The notes under the pieces: generated by a model
Told to the model about the DNA's origin: nothing
The model's database searches: none
The model's input: the letters and a program-made list of their open reading frames with translations, nothing else
Shown: positions 1-12,500 of the stretch, piece after piece
Numbering within the stretch: position 1 is the first letter of the stretch
Layout: each line of letters starts with the position of its first letter
Assembly: GCA_032718475.1 (NCBI GenBank)
Contig: JAUCBJ010004744.1
Span: 1 to 58,687, forward strand
Length of the DNA: 58,687 nt
Direction of reading: 5' to 3'
From: Nemertoderma westbladi
Lineage: Eukaryota; Animalia; Xenacoelomorpha
Program-made: the position numbers and the translations under genes

Positions 1-476
1 TTATCATTTTATATTTATGTATGTATTATTATGTAATTTTATTATAATCGTTTTCTTTAATTTTATTTAGTAGAATGTTATTTTAGCGATTATTTAGTAG
101 ATTAGTGCAATATATATTCGTGTTTATTATTTAATTACTTATATATTATATATTTAGTGCGACGGCGAGAAATAATTCTTTTTCTCTTTCCTTACTGTCC
201 GTATTACATTACAAATACGTAACTACAGTAAGATGAAATATCCGTACTTATTAAAGTACAATAAAGCTCCTACTATATTCAAGTATTATTGGTAAAGTAG
301 AGTATTAGGAATGCAAAATTCAGATCCTCGTGTCTCGGCTAAACCAAGCTCTGGGTAGACCTTGGAAACGACTTGCCTCTTCTCACTGACATTGCTTCGT
401 GCGATATTGCTCTCATACCGTATATTAAATAATACATATAGTAGCGTGATGTCCCTTTAACAGTAGCGTATAACGC

Positions 477-785
477 AAAATAAATCTGTTAAACCCTTTG
501 ACCATCTGCAATTCTAGTCGATTAAGATATCGCGGCACCCACCGATATACTTGAAAGACAAAATTCTAGAATCAGTGGTTAACGTCCCCAGACAAGTTCT
601 GGAATAAACTGGTGCCCATCCTAAATATTAATTATTAATATTTACAAAATCTGTCAAATTTTAGATCCTTTAAAATTCTAGTCTATTAAGATATCGTAGC
701 ACTTACCGATATTCTTAAAAAGACCAATTTCCTAGAATCAAGGATCCTAGTCCCCAGACATGTTCTGGAATAAAATTGTGTCTAT
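477..785 (+). repeat. Two diverged ~164-bp direct repeats, each able to form the same stem-loops
   Basis: TTCTAG..TAAGATATCG..CGATAT..CTT..CTAGAA and CCAGA-n5-TCTGG occur in both units (TTCTAG at 512 and 676); stems are conserved while loops differ. Confidence 0.75.
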
Positions 786-1404
786 TTAATATTAAATAAT
801 AAAATTTACGGGAATAAATTTAAATTCATATTTTAATGAATTTAATAAATTGTCATTTTTATACAATTTATAACATTCCCAAAATTCCTTTAATTAATAG
901 ATCATGGGAGCGGAGATTCACTCTATTAAGTGTATTAGTGTGCGAGAATCTCCAATATATAGTCAATAGCCGATAAAATTCATAAAATCATGTATAGAGA
1001 GGATATTGACCATTAAAGAATTACTATTAAATAGCATCCCAGATCTGTATGCATGAGAATTACCCTAATTCTACCGCTAGCTTTCCATAATGTCACCATG
1101 GCAACAACCACGCTAGAATTAGAAGTGAGTTAAAAGAACAATAGAAAGCTTGCCCCATTGAATAGCATAGGGAATAAATAGCGCACTGCTAGTATCCAAG
1201 GATACATAATAATAAAGTGACATTCTGGAAGGCACTGACTAACGGACAAATGGCCCGAATGTGTACAGTTTGTGACAGTTGTGTTGAATTTGTGCGTTTA
1301 TAGGTGAATGTTACTGCTAAAGTGTGTTTACAGTAGCGAGTCGCAATTGTGAAAGTAGCCCTAACTCTCCAGAAAGAACCTGAAGTACATCTAAGCCTTT
1401 GGGA

Positions 1405-1512
1405 CGGACAGTGGAGTGACTTGTGCCGGTTATCGTTGTCGTTGTGTAGCTACATCGTTGGCGAAAGCACAGCGACGACGGTACATCGGCGCTGAGGATC
1501 TTGCACTGTCCG
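1405..1512 (+). other. Long RNA stem-loop in the leader of the 1430-aa ORF
   Basis: 1405-1413 pairs with 1504-1512, 1423-1429 with 1486-1492, and 1431-1446 with 1468-1483; every non-Watson-Crick position in these stems is G-U on the + strand. Confidence 0.7.
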
Positions 1513-1593
1513 GGGGCAAAGAGGGGTAGGCAGCGACGCCCGCTAGCCTAAAATATAAACTCATTATAATATTGATAAACTCATATAGCAGAT

Positions 1594-4500
1594 ATGACTG
1601 AGTTGATAGAAGATGATCTTGGTATCAGGGAGCGATATACTCTACCTTTACAAGCGTTTGTCGATAGCTTGATACGCGGCGACGCTGGTCCAACTACTAC
1701 GGAGGATGATGGTCGTTATATCGAACCGCCAATGTCCCCGGAGCAACTTACGCGTGAATTGGATTATAGAAAGTTCACCGCTCGCTATACGCATCGTAAT
1801 GGTACGTATATGGACTTCTTAACTACTGGCCATCCTATCGATTTACACGATACGGACGATGTAGACACCGAAAGGGAAATGGTTTTATTTAAATATCATA
1901 CCCAGCGGAGTCGGAACGATAAACCGAGAATAGAACACGAGAATTCTATTCGAAACCGACTCGAAAGAGAAGACGTTGAAGAGCCGGATAAACGCAGCGA
2001 CTTCAACGATTATCTGGAATTCCTGAGAGAGACATATCTCAATATTGCCAGTCAACAAAATCTAGAAACTCGATATCCTCAAGGTATACATCATGATCCT
2101 ATGATAGAACTCAAACGACTCTATTTCACTATGATGTATCTTACCGCCGATCGACCGCTACCTGTCGTCCCAGATAGCTTCGAACAGATGGAGGAATATT
2201 GTAAAACTGGAGAACGATCACCCGCGTTTCCCCTGCAGGACGTGCGTCTTTGGTATTACTGCGACGAATGCCCTAGACCCAATCAGCAAACGGAAAGACA
2301 TAAACATCCGCGGAGACGTTGCGCTAAACACAGTTTTACACGATATACTTATGGGAGTTTCGAGCGAAACCTGTTCGACGTATCACCTACGGTCGCTCGG
2401 CTCAAACGATCCTTGAATAAACCAATGATCAGAGTTCCGGAATACTCGGTCAGACCTCCTCATTCCTCAGTTAGACCTCAGACTCTTGATCCTAATAGTA
2501 TCACGGATCCTCCCGAACTGTACTCACTGTTCAAAGATCTAGTGTTACCCGAACAGTTGATCGGTGGCACTCCGGTAGTGGGCTCACTAGATATTCGCCA
2601 ACCCTACCTAGCCGGATTAGGACGCGGTCATCTAATATCGCCGTTTAACCCGTACAACCGTCCCGGCTTCACCCCGATACAACCCGTTACGGAAGTCGAA
2701 GAGAGCGTCGTACGAAACGCGTTAGACGCTATTCGGCAGAAAATCGGAAAGGGAACTTACGATTGTTTGGAGAAACGTAAATTGCAGCAACAAGTCCAAG
2801 CGGTGAAAGAATTAGCTTTACCCCAGTTCGATAGAGAAATACAAAATCTCGAAGAGGACATCGAACGTGGACGAACCTACTCTTTACAAGAGTTCCTAGA
2901 TGAGCGTTTACAACAACAAGCGGAGGAAAATCAGCTCGAGGAGAGACATATAGAACTAGATGAGAGAGAAGAAGCAGCTTTAGCCCAGCCAGAAGCTCAA
3001 ATCCTTATAACAGATCTCTATTCTAAAACCATTATCCATCCTTCGATGGTTCCTCATTTCGGAGACAAACTCTTCGCCACGGCACAGCCTCAACCGGTTG
3101 ATATCAACCTAAGATCTCGAGATCTTATCGCTGACGCTCCCATGTTGCAACGTCCGCCCATCGAAGCCGCTCGTGTCGATGGTATACTCGTTGAACCTCC
3201 GGACAATAGAGCGGATCTTGTCCGTCGCATGGTACACGATGTTAACATACGCGCTAGACCTTTACCGGACTCGTTTTATGGGATCAAAGATCACCCTTAT
3301 TACGTCAATCTAACACAATATTACATGGTAAAACCGGAAGATCCTACACATAGTCTGAGGTTTCTACCACTAATAAATCCTCTCGATCTTGTCGAACTCG
3401 AACAACTGCAGAAACATCTGGATCAGTTAGTTAAAGTAAACTCATTTCGAAAACCATATAATGTTTCCAGAATAGAGAAAGAAACAATACCTCCGTATAA
3501 TCTTGATGGATTCATCAAAACTCGATTAGTACACTGGAATCTTGACGTGTTATTCGAGGAGGAAAGAATACAACGATATGGAGATGTGGAAACATATACT
3601 ACACAATACTTAAAGTATAGAGATCTACCTAATGCTAGCGAATGCGCTACCTTGTGGCATCCAGTGGGAATGACTCTCGAAAACGCCACTAAAGAGTGGA
3701 ACGAGACTCTTAACGTTATCGAGATGTATGGAGTTGTCACTTACGATAACGAAGGTAGCGTTCCGGTTGGAGAACTGGGAACTACGCGAATGATACACAT
3801 ACGAGGACTCGCTGGTTCTACCCACGTATTTACTCGAGCGTGTTCCGATGTGATTGATTATTCTTTTGAGACTCTTACTGAGACACAAAAGAAACTCCGA
3901 CATGGACAATTCGAACTCGCGCAGCGTTACGTCACCGACACCGAGCGCAAACCGGCCATGGGTATCGATGGATCGATGTTACCCCAGCCCGTGCTCGAGA
4001 TGTTGTTTAACGAAAGAATCCTTAAAATCGGCTCAGCTGTTTATGGAGATCTACAAAACGACTTTCGGAACATGGAGAACATTCCATACCCTTTCGTTGA
4101 TACTCAGCTGATTGCTCCCTGGGCAGAAGGCCGAGGTTTCTTCCGCACTATGTATGCCAATACACCCAGCGGCATTACTAAAGTACAACGAACCTCCATC
4201 GGACATCTTGCCTTTCAAGAATACGGATGGAATTTCAAGGTTGGAAATCCTATCAATTACCAACAAGTATATGGAGATCATTATTCTCGTTTATACTTTG
4301 ATGGACCATTGACCGCACCTGGCGCCATGTATAGCTTTATGAGTGTTCCACTTCGTCCCTCCTTAGCTATATACACGATCTTTGAAAACGCAGCACTTGC
4401 CGGTTGGCTAGCCGATGTGTGCAGTCGTACCATACGCGCCCATCCCTTAATACTTGGAACCAAACTCGCCAAGTTAGATGAACACAATAAATTCATCCGC

Positions 4501-5886
4501 TTCGAATGTTTCAGGCGCTTTCTGACTCCGTTCCGTAACGTTGATAGTCAGTTCAAGGACCGCGCTCTGACCAAACTCAGCCTAAGAGACTCAGCTGCGG
4601 AGAAGCTAAACAGCGCGGGATTTGCCCTTTTCCAGGACGTTTGTATACAGAACTTACATTCATCTGTTATACAAAGACCCCGAATACCCACGGGTTATTC
4701 TGTCGTGGAAGTTCAGACAGTGGGTCCGCTTGCGGAGACAGCCGCACCTACCTCAGCTATGCAATTGGAAGACGAACCAATATGCTTAGAATCTGAGGCG
4801 ATTCAGCCTACAGCGCCCCGGAGCAGCGATAACGACTACGTCTTAGAGTGGTATCAAGGTCCACAATGTCTCACCGCATACGATTATCGACACGCCAACT
4901 ATGTTTCTCGAAAACGTTGTCGATTATGCGCATCGAGAGACCATTTCACCCCTATGGACTCAGACGTACCCTGCTCCTATTTCCACGAACAACCGATGAT
5001 GGAGATCTATTGTGCGTATTGCAGACTTAATAACTCGCACATTTTTGCAGTCTGCCCCCAATTTATGACTCAATGCCACCACTGTCAACTTAAAGGACAT
5101 GCCAGTTATAATTGCCCCTTTAACCGCGATTTAGAAAGCGTAGATGAGATGATTACCCTGCGCTACATCCGAGCTTGGGAAGCGAACGCGGATTTACATT
5201 GTGAGTCCCGCCATCGCTATTACCCTGGACGCTCTTACGAGGGAGTTTACGCGTTCCATCCTTATTTATTCGCGTCTGTTGAACAAAAAACACGCACACC
5301 GAGTTACGAACTAATGAAGCGTGTTGGTGAGTGTATTTCCACCAAATTTGTTCGAAAATATCTCAGGAACGTCAATCCTAACGATATTACTTCATACCAT
5401 TTGATCAATTTCATCCGTCAAGACCCTGAGTATGGCGATTTATTTATCAACTCGCACCCTGAGTTACAGGAAGTATCTCGACGGCCCTACGAATATCGAG
5501 CCCGAGAACGCGAGCTGGAAAGAACCATTAAACCGAGGAAGTTTCTCACCACTCACGGTCCACCTACCGCCATTGTCCAGACGACCCGTCAAGGACCCGT
5601 AGGAGCTGCTGTCCTAAGACGTGCCCTAAAGGCCTTTAGACCTCGCTCCACTGAAGTTGATATCGATCAACCAGGTACTTCGACCGGCGGATACACCGAT
5701 CGTAATCCTAAACCTTCTGATGCAATTGTATTGCACCCTTCACCTTCACCCTTCATATCCTTCGCCCCAAAGAGAAAAGGACTCTTGCTAGCCTCAAAAA
5801 ACTGCGTAAACGCCATCCGCGTAAGAAAGACTAACTGTTTAGAGTATTTTTATATTTTAGAAACTGTGATTTTTTATATTTTATAG
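1594..5886 (+). CDS. 1430-aa intronless protein with a coiled-coil, a DEDDy/WRN-like 3'-5' exonuclease domain and a C-terminal CCHC zinc-knuckle cluster; probably of mobile-element or viral origin
   Basis: ExoI-like VTYDNEG (D at 3745, E at 3751), ExoII-like ILKIGSAVYGDL, FVDTQ, SIGHLA, ExoIII-like PLRPSLAIYTIFEN; CRLC..H..C, CAYC..H..C and CHHCQLKGHASYNC at 4918-5115; more GC-rich than its flanks; the last ~15 codons run into AT-rich DNA. Confidence 0.75.
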   Translation: MTELIEDDLGIRERYTLPLQAFVDSLIRGDAGPTTTEDDGRYIEPPMSPEQLTRELDYRKFTARYTHRNGTYMDFLTTGHPIDLHDTDDVDTEREMVLFKYHTQRSRNDKPRIEHENSIRNRLEREDVEEPDKRSDFNDYLEFLRETYLNIASQQNLETRYPQGIHHDPMIELKRLYFTMMYLTADRPLPVVPDSFEQMEEYCKTGERSPAFPLQDVRLWYYCDECPRPNQQTERHKHPRRRCAKHSFTRYTYGSFERNLFDVSPTVARLKRSLNKPMIRVPEYSVRPPHSSVRPQTLDPNSITDPPELYSLFKDLVLPEQLIGGTPVVGSLDIRQPYLAGLGRGHLISPFNPYNRPGFTPIQPVTEVEESVVRNALDAIRQKIGKGTYDCLEKRKLQQQVQAVKELALPQFDREIQNLEEDIERGRTYSLQEFLDERLQQQAEENQLEERHIELDEREEAALAQPEAQILITDLYSKTIIHPSMVPHFGDKLFATAQPQPVDINLRSRDLIADAPMLQRPPIEAARVDGILVEPPDNRADLVRRMVHDVNIRARPLPDSFYGIKDHPYYVNLTQYYMVKPEDPTHSLRFLPLINPLDLVELEQLQKHLDQLVKVNSFRKPYNVSRIEKETIPPYNLDGFIKTRLVHWNLDVLFEEERIQRYGDVETYTTQYLKYRDLPNASECATLWHPVGMTLENATKEWNETLNVIEMYGVVTYDNEGSVPVGELGTTRMIHIRGLAGSTHVFTRACSDVIDYSFETLTETQKKLRHGQFELAQRYVTDTERKPAMGIDGSMLPQPVLEMLFNERILKIGSAVYGDLQNDFRNMENIPYPFVDTQLIAPWAEGRGFFRTMYANTPSGITKVQRTSIGHLAFQEYGWNFKVGNPINYQQVYGDHYSRLYFDGPLTAPGAMYSFMSVPLRPSLAIYTIFENAALAGWLADVCSRTIRAHPLILGTKLAKLDEHNKFIRFECFRRFLTPFRNVDSQFKDRALTKLSLRDSAAEKLNSAGFALFQDVCIQNLHSSVIQRPRIPTGYSVVEVQTVGPLAETAAPTSAMQLEDEPICLESEAIQPTAPRSSDNDYVLEWYQGPQCLTAYDYRHANYVSRKRCRLCASRDHFTPMDSDVPCSYFHEQPMMEIYCAYCRLNNSHIFAVCPQFMTQCHHCQLKGHASYNCPFNRDLESVDEMITLRYIRAWEANADLHCESRHRYYPGRSYEGVYAFHPYLFASVEQKTRTPSYELMKRVGECISTKFVRKYLRNVNPNDITSYHLINFIRQDPEYGDLFINSHPELQEVSRRPYEYRARERELERTIKPRKFLTTHGPPTAIVQTTRQGPVGAAVLRRALKAFRPRSTEVDIDQPGTSTGGYTDRNPKPSDAIVLHPSPSPFISFAPKRKGLLLASKNCVNAIRVRKTNCLEYFYILETVIFYIL

Positions 5887-7091
5887 ACTAAAATCCCATT
5901 TTCTGGGAGCGGTGTAAAAGCTTTTGCGGAATTAGCCGGTTATTTTCCCCGTAAAGTACTCTGTAGTTGGTTTGACAGGCATAAAAGGCCTTATCCTTAC
6001 TGTACTGGTGTTTTAGTGGACATAAAAAGCCATTTCTTCTGTATGTGTACTTTAGCGGACATATTAGCAATTCTATGACGCAATACGCGAAATCCTCTTG
6101 AAACAGTGTAGTTACTATGACGACAGCTAACAGCTGATCTGTACACGTGTAGCTTTTTCCTTGTTCTCTGGTGTTTCTTTGTTCGGTCAACCAATCAGAG
6201 CGATTCTCCTGCTTTTTGTACAGAAACCTCCGGGAAATCGCGCAATGCATTATGGGTCAATGTTTACATTTTGTCCTGAGCCCAGAAGACCGGCTTTGGA
6301 ATCTCTGTGTTTTCAGTCTTTAGCCCAACATTAGTAGGCTTAATTATAGAACGTATATCTGTTATCATTACTTACTTAACTAATCATACCATAACATATC
6401 ATAACCATTCATACCTTAACATTTGTACTGCTATTTACTGTCGGTTATTCATTATATCAGTTGATGGAATATTATTATATTTGGAATACCGATAAATAAT
6501 TACAAAACCCTCAATCTTCTTGATATACTGAAGGTAAGAGAGACCGGTTACATATAACGATTGCGACTTACATTAAAGTGGTTTTTGAAGTGAATCTAAT
6601 GCTATTTCATAGGCACTACATGTATTGGTTGTTGTTCTCTTTATATGTGACTAAAATTAGTGAAGGTCGGCAGATCGGTGTGCAGCATTGTGCAGTATTG
6701 TGTATGATTGTGACTGATAACAAAGCATCTCCTAAAGAATGCGCCATATACGTCAATCCATAGCCATCCCGTTGTGTCTAGTTTAAGTCATAACTCTGTT
6801 TACATATTTAGAGCGCCACGTCCTAAAGGAACTGTTAATATTTCCCGAAAGTGAATAATATTTGTCAGAGATTATATATTACGATCAGTCGAATAATACA
6901 GTAGGCCTACACCGCAATAAGGTTAGGCTTCCGAATCCAGTCTCCCGGGTATATCCAGCGGGTGAATGGTCGCGCATAGACTGGCTTCGGCTAATGTAGT
7001 GTATCAAATACTCGTTAAAATGGATATTTTTCCCTAGGGCAAAATAACTTTTTTGGCCGTAGCCCAGCATTAGAGATAGTTATCATCCCGC

Positions 7092-7267
7092 TAATAAATG
7101 TGTAACAACTATGCTTATTCCCCAGAAGTTAGTTATTTTCCCAGTTATTTAACCCGCGGGCAGGAAACAACCCGAGGGCGAAGCCCGAGGGTGTTCCTGC
7201 CCAAGGGTTAAATAACTGGGAAAATAACTAACTTCTGGGGAATAAGTAAGTTGTTACACATTTATTA
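7092..7267. repeat. ~175-bp near-perfect palindrome centred on CCCGAGGGCGAAGCCCGAGGG
   Basis: Arms TAATAAATGTGTAACAACT..CTTATTCCCCAGAAGTTAGTTATTTTCCCAGTTATTTAACCC and their reverse complement. Confidence 0.95.
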
Positions 7268-8369
7268 TGGTATGCATTTCGATTATTTTTGTCCCTTAAC
7301 AACTATTTACAGATTCTAAAAGGGCATTGTTTGGGGGAAGAGTTTACAAAATGGGGCTTGGAAAGTTTTGGGGGTGTTTATATTGATTTTGCCCAAGGGC
7401 ATTGGAAAATTTTCGGTGTGTTTCACTTTAATTCATTAATTGCATAGGTGTTATTTTGCCCAAGGGAATAATAACACCCAAGCTCCAAAGGTAAAACATT
7501 AGGCCTACTGTGTCATGTGTGTTGTATAGCTCTATGCTTAATTCATCCAATCGCCGTAAGATTCGATCATCAAAAAAGCACCTGAATTTGTTACTGAAAA
7601 TTGATGTCAAACTTATTTAAATGGTTTACATTCTAAAATTCCCATTTTCTTACATTGGCCGCTAGGAGTAACATTGGATAAACTTCAAATTGGATATATG
7701 TATAACTAAATTGGCTGAATTAATTGAATAGTATTTTTGGTGGACATGTCATGTATCCACTACCCACAGAAGGGTGGTGTATATCGTTCACATTAAATAC
7801 ATTTATTAGTATAAATAATTATTTAGTACTTAGGAAAATGTTAATTAATTTAATGGTTCTGGAATATATGAAGTTTATTAAGAATATATATTATATGTAT
7901 ATGAATATATATTAATATATATATATTACTTACTATTGAGTTTCGGATTTTGCTCAAACTACGTGGATAGCTACAAACATTTTCTATTTCGATGCTCTTT
8001 CAACACATGTAATGAAGTTTAAGAAATTCCACGAAAAATATTTTCACATTTACATTTTTCGCCGGGAGAAGTTCAATGCAATCCTAGGCCTACTGTATGA
8101 TTAACTATTATTCCCTAGGGAAAAAAAGTAGGTACTTCTTTTTCTCCACATTTTGAGCTATATTTGAGCTAACTAAATAGTAACATTATAAGAATAACAT
8201 TAATATTCCCATAGTAACGGGTTGTTATGCCAGTTTTAAAAGAATGATGTCACTTAGAGTCGACCAACACCTATTTCCGCTCCACTATATCAAAGTATGG
8301 TCTAGAAAATGTAGTTTTGGCTAAGAACTGCATAAAAGTAAAGTAAAGTTATATTCAAACGTGTAAGAA

Positions 8370-8595
8370 GAAACACCCGAGGCAACAACCCAAAGGCTCC
8401 ATTCTCTTGGCTATTATCTGTAACGCAGGGAAGGCACCACACTACTCCCAAGGTCGAGTACTCTGGTTATCTAACCTTATTCTTTACTCCTTAACTCATG
8501 TCAGGTTGCCATTGGCCTACAGTACAACTGGAAGCTAGCAACAATTTGGCTGTTCTGGGGCTTGAACACCAGACCTTCCGCTTAGAAGACCGGTT
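8370..8595 (-). mobile_element. Degenerate tRNA-derived SINE
   Basis: B-box-like GTTCAAGCCC on the minus strand near 8557-8567 within a tRNA-like head. Confidence 0.4.
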
Positions 8596-9532
8596 AATAC
8601 TTTTTTTTTACTTTACTTTAATATTAAAACGTTTCAATGTCTGTATTAAAAAGAAAAAGGCAGAAAGGGGCGAACGTATTTAAACGACATTCTTAGATAT
8701 CTTTTTTTAACATTTAGGAGGAAGGAACTGGAGAAACGCCTCACTGCAGTACGAGGTAGTACGGTACCTTACAACCTATATTAATACAGGCCAAACTATA
8801 CCTACCTGCAGGGCTGCAGTCTGCCGACCTGGTACGGTGCGACTCTGGACTGTGACACTATGTAGGCCTACTGTACCGGTACCTCTTAATTTGCCGTGGA
8901 AATTGAAAGTTTAGTCATAGGTCAGTGCCGTCAGTATAAGTCGTCAGTATGAGTATGACAATGAGGTGATTAATGAGACATAAATAGGCCTTGCTGTCTA
9001 GAGGAGCACAGCCCAATAATAATGAAACATGAAATACAAAACGCCCAATAATAATGAAACATGAAGTACAAAACTAGTTGGTGGTCTGAATACCTGATTT
9101 ACACCTGATGTGACACACAACAGACCTAAGACGAGTACAGCAGCATTACCGGTTCCTATGTTTGTATGTCAGTATGTAACACTTCACTACTCTAAGAGGG
9201 AATAACATGGATATTTTTCCCTAGGGCAAAATAACTTTTTTGGCCGTAGCCCAGCATTAGAGATAGTTATCATCCCGCTAATAAATGTGTAACAACTTTT
9301 TATATTTCAAAGGTATTGATTTTATTTTCACTGCTACATATGGGAATCCACCATTAACAAATAAAATATAATAATTCTTAGTCTTATGATACATTTTGTA
9401 TGCATCTCTAGGAAGTAATATGTTAGATTATTACATATTCATCACCAAAACATCACATTTAACTTAAAATAAAACACACTGAGAAACATTTACTAATGAG
9501 ATGTTTATCTAGAGACTTGAATGATGAGACTT

Positions 9533-12500
9533 TTAATTGCTTGATATCTTAGCTGCCAAATATAACAAGCTGTTCTTCTTTTCTATTAGACTTTCTGGTG
9601 TGTCAAATTCCACTATATGTCCTTCACTCATCACTATTATTCTATCGCAGTTTATAATGGTATCTATCCGATGTGCTATTGTCATAACTGTTGCGTTAGG
9701 GAAATTCCTAGAGATGGCAGACTGTATAAGTTCATCGGTAAACTGATCAATAGAAGATGTTGCCTCGTCAATTAGAACAACCCTATATTTTCTTAGCATA
9801 GCTCTCGCTAAACACAGAAGTTGTCTCTCTCCAACACTTAGGTTACTACCACGGCTTTCAACATAAAAAGTTAAGATATCTATTTCCCCTTCTTTGGGAA
9901 TAATTGAACCATATTTATATTTGGACTCAAGTCTCATTTCCAAAAAAGACTTCAATTGAACCCTTTCTAGAGCTTCAATGATCTCAATACTTTCAAACTC
10001 ATTAAAAGGATCTAAGTTATATTGCAGAGTGCCTTCAAACAAAACAGGATCTTGTGGAATAACTGCAATTGACTTCCGTAAATCATGCAAACCAATTTCA
10101 GTTATATCAACATTATCTATAGTGATTAGTCCTTGAGGTTCAACAAGACGAAGTAACACTGTAAATAATGATGATTTTCCGGCTCCGGTGCGCCCAATAA
10201 TTCCGATCTTCTCAGAAGATCTTGTTTTAAAGTTTATTCCATGCAACACCTCATCATCTCCATAGTTAAGCTTCACATTTTTGAAGGTGATAATTCCAGA
10301 ATTTGGCCATTTAGTTGGAATTTGCGTGCCAGAAATGTGGAATTGAGCCTCTTGGTCTAATTTATAGTAATCAAGTACTCGTTCAACAGATGTTAAATTA
10401 ATTTCCAGTAGCGCTGACATTTTTATGAAATATGTGATAAAATTGGTGGTTCCAAACACATATATTACTGCTACAAACAATATCTCCTTAGATACAAAAC
10501 TATCCATATACAAAGAAATTAGTAAAACTGTAAATGCTAAAAATGGCATAAGGAATTGATATACTGATGCTAAGCAACGTAGTAAGATTATGAACCATAA
10601 ACATTGATTCGGTATGATGATCTAAGTGGGAAAAAAAGCGTTTCACGTAAATCGGTTGGACTTCAAATGCTTTTATAATATCACGGCCCTCCATAGTATC
10701 AGAAGCATGTTGAAATATTGGATTTCTCACTGATGCTTCAATAAACTTAACCTGTTTAAGACTTTTCATAATATACAAACGTATCAAGAAAACCATGATC
10801 ATTGTAGGGATAGCCAGCAATAAGGTCCATGGATTAGCTATTCCCGAAAGTAAAACTGCAAGAATGCAACGACTGAATGTATTTACGATTTCAACAATTA
10901 AATCTGGTAATATGTTGTCCATTATTCCAATATCTTTAGAGAATCGGTTGAGTATTCCACCTGCGGGATTCTGTTCAAAGAATTTCATTGGGGCATGAGA
11001 AACTCTTTTGAATATTTCTCCATGTAATTTATCAGATGCACCTAGTATAGCATGATATATTGCAAACATACCTAATGTACTGCACAGTAAGTATGAGAAA
11101 ACCAGATATGCATACCCAAGTACAATATCTCTCCACTGGCTCTCTATTATTAGTTGGTTTATAATATTATTATTGAGTTCAACATAATTTTGTTTTTGTG
11201 AATTATTAAATGATTCTTGAGTAGCCCAACTTACCAACCAATAATCTGACAATGACAGATATATGTATGTTAAAATCCCTGTTGATATTAATACCAGAAA
11301 ACGTGGTGCATTTAATCCAAATTTAATAAAAATGAGAATAATTGAAAACGTTGACTTGACTGATCTATCTTTATTATCGAAATTATTGTCAATATTGGGG
11401 TTGTGATTATCATCTTCGATAATTTTACTTTCATACATTTTAGAATAAACAATTTCTGTACCATTCGATGTCTCTGGCAAATCGCTTCTAATTAGGGTTT
11501 CAGTAACACCTTTGCCATAAAGAGACACTGTTTTTGAATTTGGAGGTATAATTTGTAGGAGGTGGGTGACCATGACGACAACTCCGTTGGACTGACAGTG
11601 CTTTAAACAGTTATCAACCAAGTCTTTGGCCACTCGTCTGTCTACAGCTGAAAGAGGATCATCCATAAGGTATATATTTGCCCTGGAATAAACTGCTCTT
11701 GCTAAGGCTATACGAGCTTTTTGACCACCAGATAATGATATCCCCTTTTCACCAACTAAAGTCATATCACCATCTTTAAACAGTAATAAGTCTGCTGATA
11801 AGCAACTTAGTTTAATAACTTCATCATACCAATCTCCTTCAAATATTTGCCCCAGCAAGATATTTTCCCTTATTGTTCCGGAGAATATGAATGGTGTTTG
11901 AGATACATAGGCCAGCTTTCCATTTTTCTCAATTAATCCACATTCAGGAGGCAATTCACCTAGTATTGCCTGCAATATGCTGGACTTTCCAGAACCTACT
12001 GGACCTATAATGTAAACTATTTCACCAAAAACTGCTTTGAAAGATACATTATGAATGATAGACCCATTCTTGAAAGACCATCTTCCTGTAATGTTTTCTA
12101 CCTTTACAAAAATATCTTTTGGATTTGGCATATTTCTTATTATTCCATTCCTTTGTAAGTCCTCTACATTAAACAATTGGTAATTTAAACCTATAAACGA
12201 ATCAATTCGTTGAAAAACACAATGAAGTTCCCCCAATTCACGTAAAGCAGCACCAAACACTAGTACGCTTGTGATTACATTGATTAATATGATGTTGGAG
12301 CTCATTACTGTGATTATATTTAATGGATACCCAAGTCCAGTATACAGAACATAGACACAAAAGGTGACAACATTAATATAGGCAAACAAAATGGTTGAGT
12401 AAAATGAGTGGCAATACATGATCTTACATATCTCTGATAATTCTTTACTTCGGGCATTCTTTACAGCAGCCTCATATAAATCTTCCCACCCAAACACTTT

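Larger units (their letters stand above)
7020..9297. mobile_element. Putative non-autonomous Crypton-like (tyrosine-recombinase) element bounded by ~90-bp direct repeats
   Basis: Near-identical repeats at 7020-7110 and 9207-9297; the left one overlaps a long palindrome; no recombinase ORF seen. Confidence 0.5.

Noticed and set aside
1-305. LTR end with primer-binding site (AATAAA at ~260, TGG at ~290)
   Set aside because: No second LTR in the window and no convincing tRNA 3'-end complement
1462-1498. GAAA and CTGAGGA as a permuted hammerhead ribozyme
   Set aside because: The required three-stem junction cannot be built; the bases are used in the long hairpin
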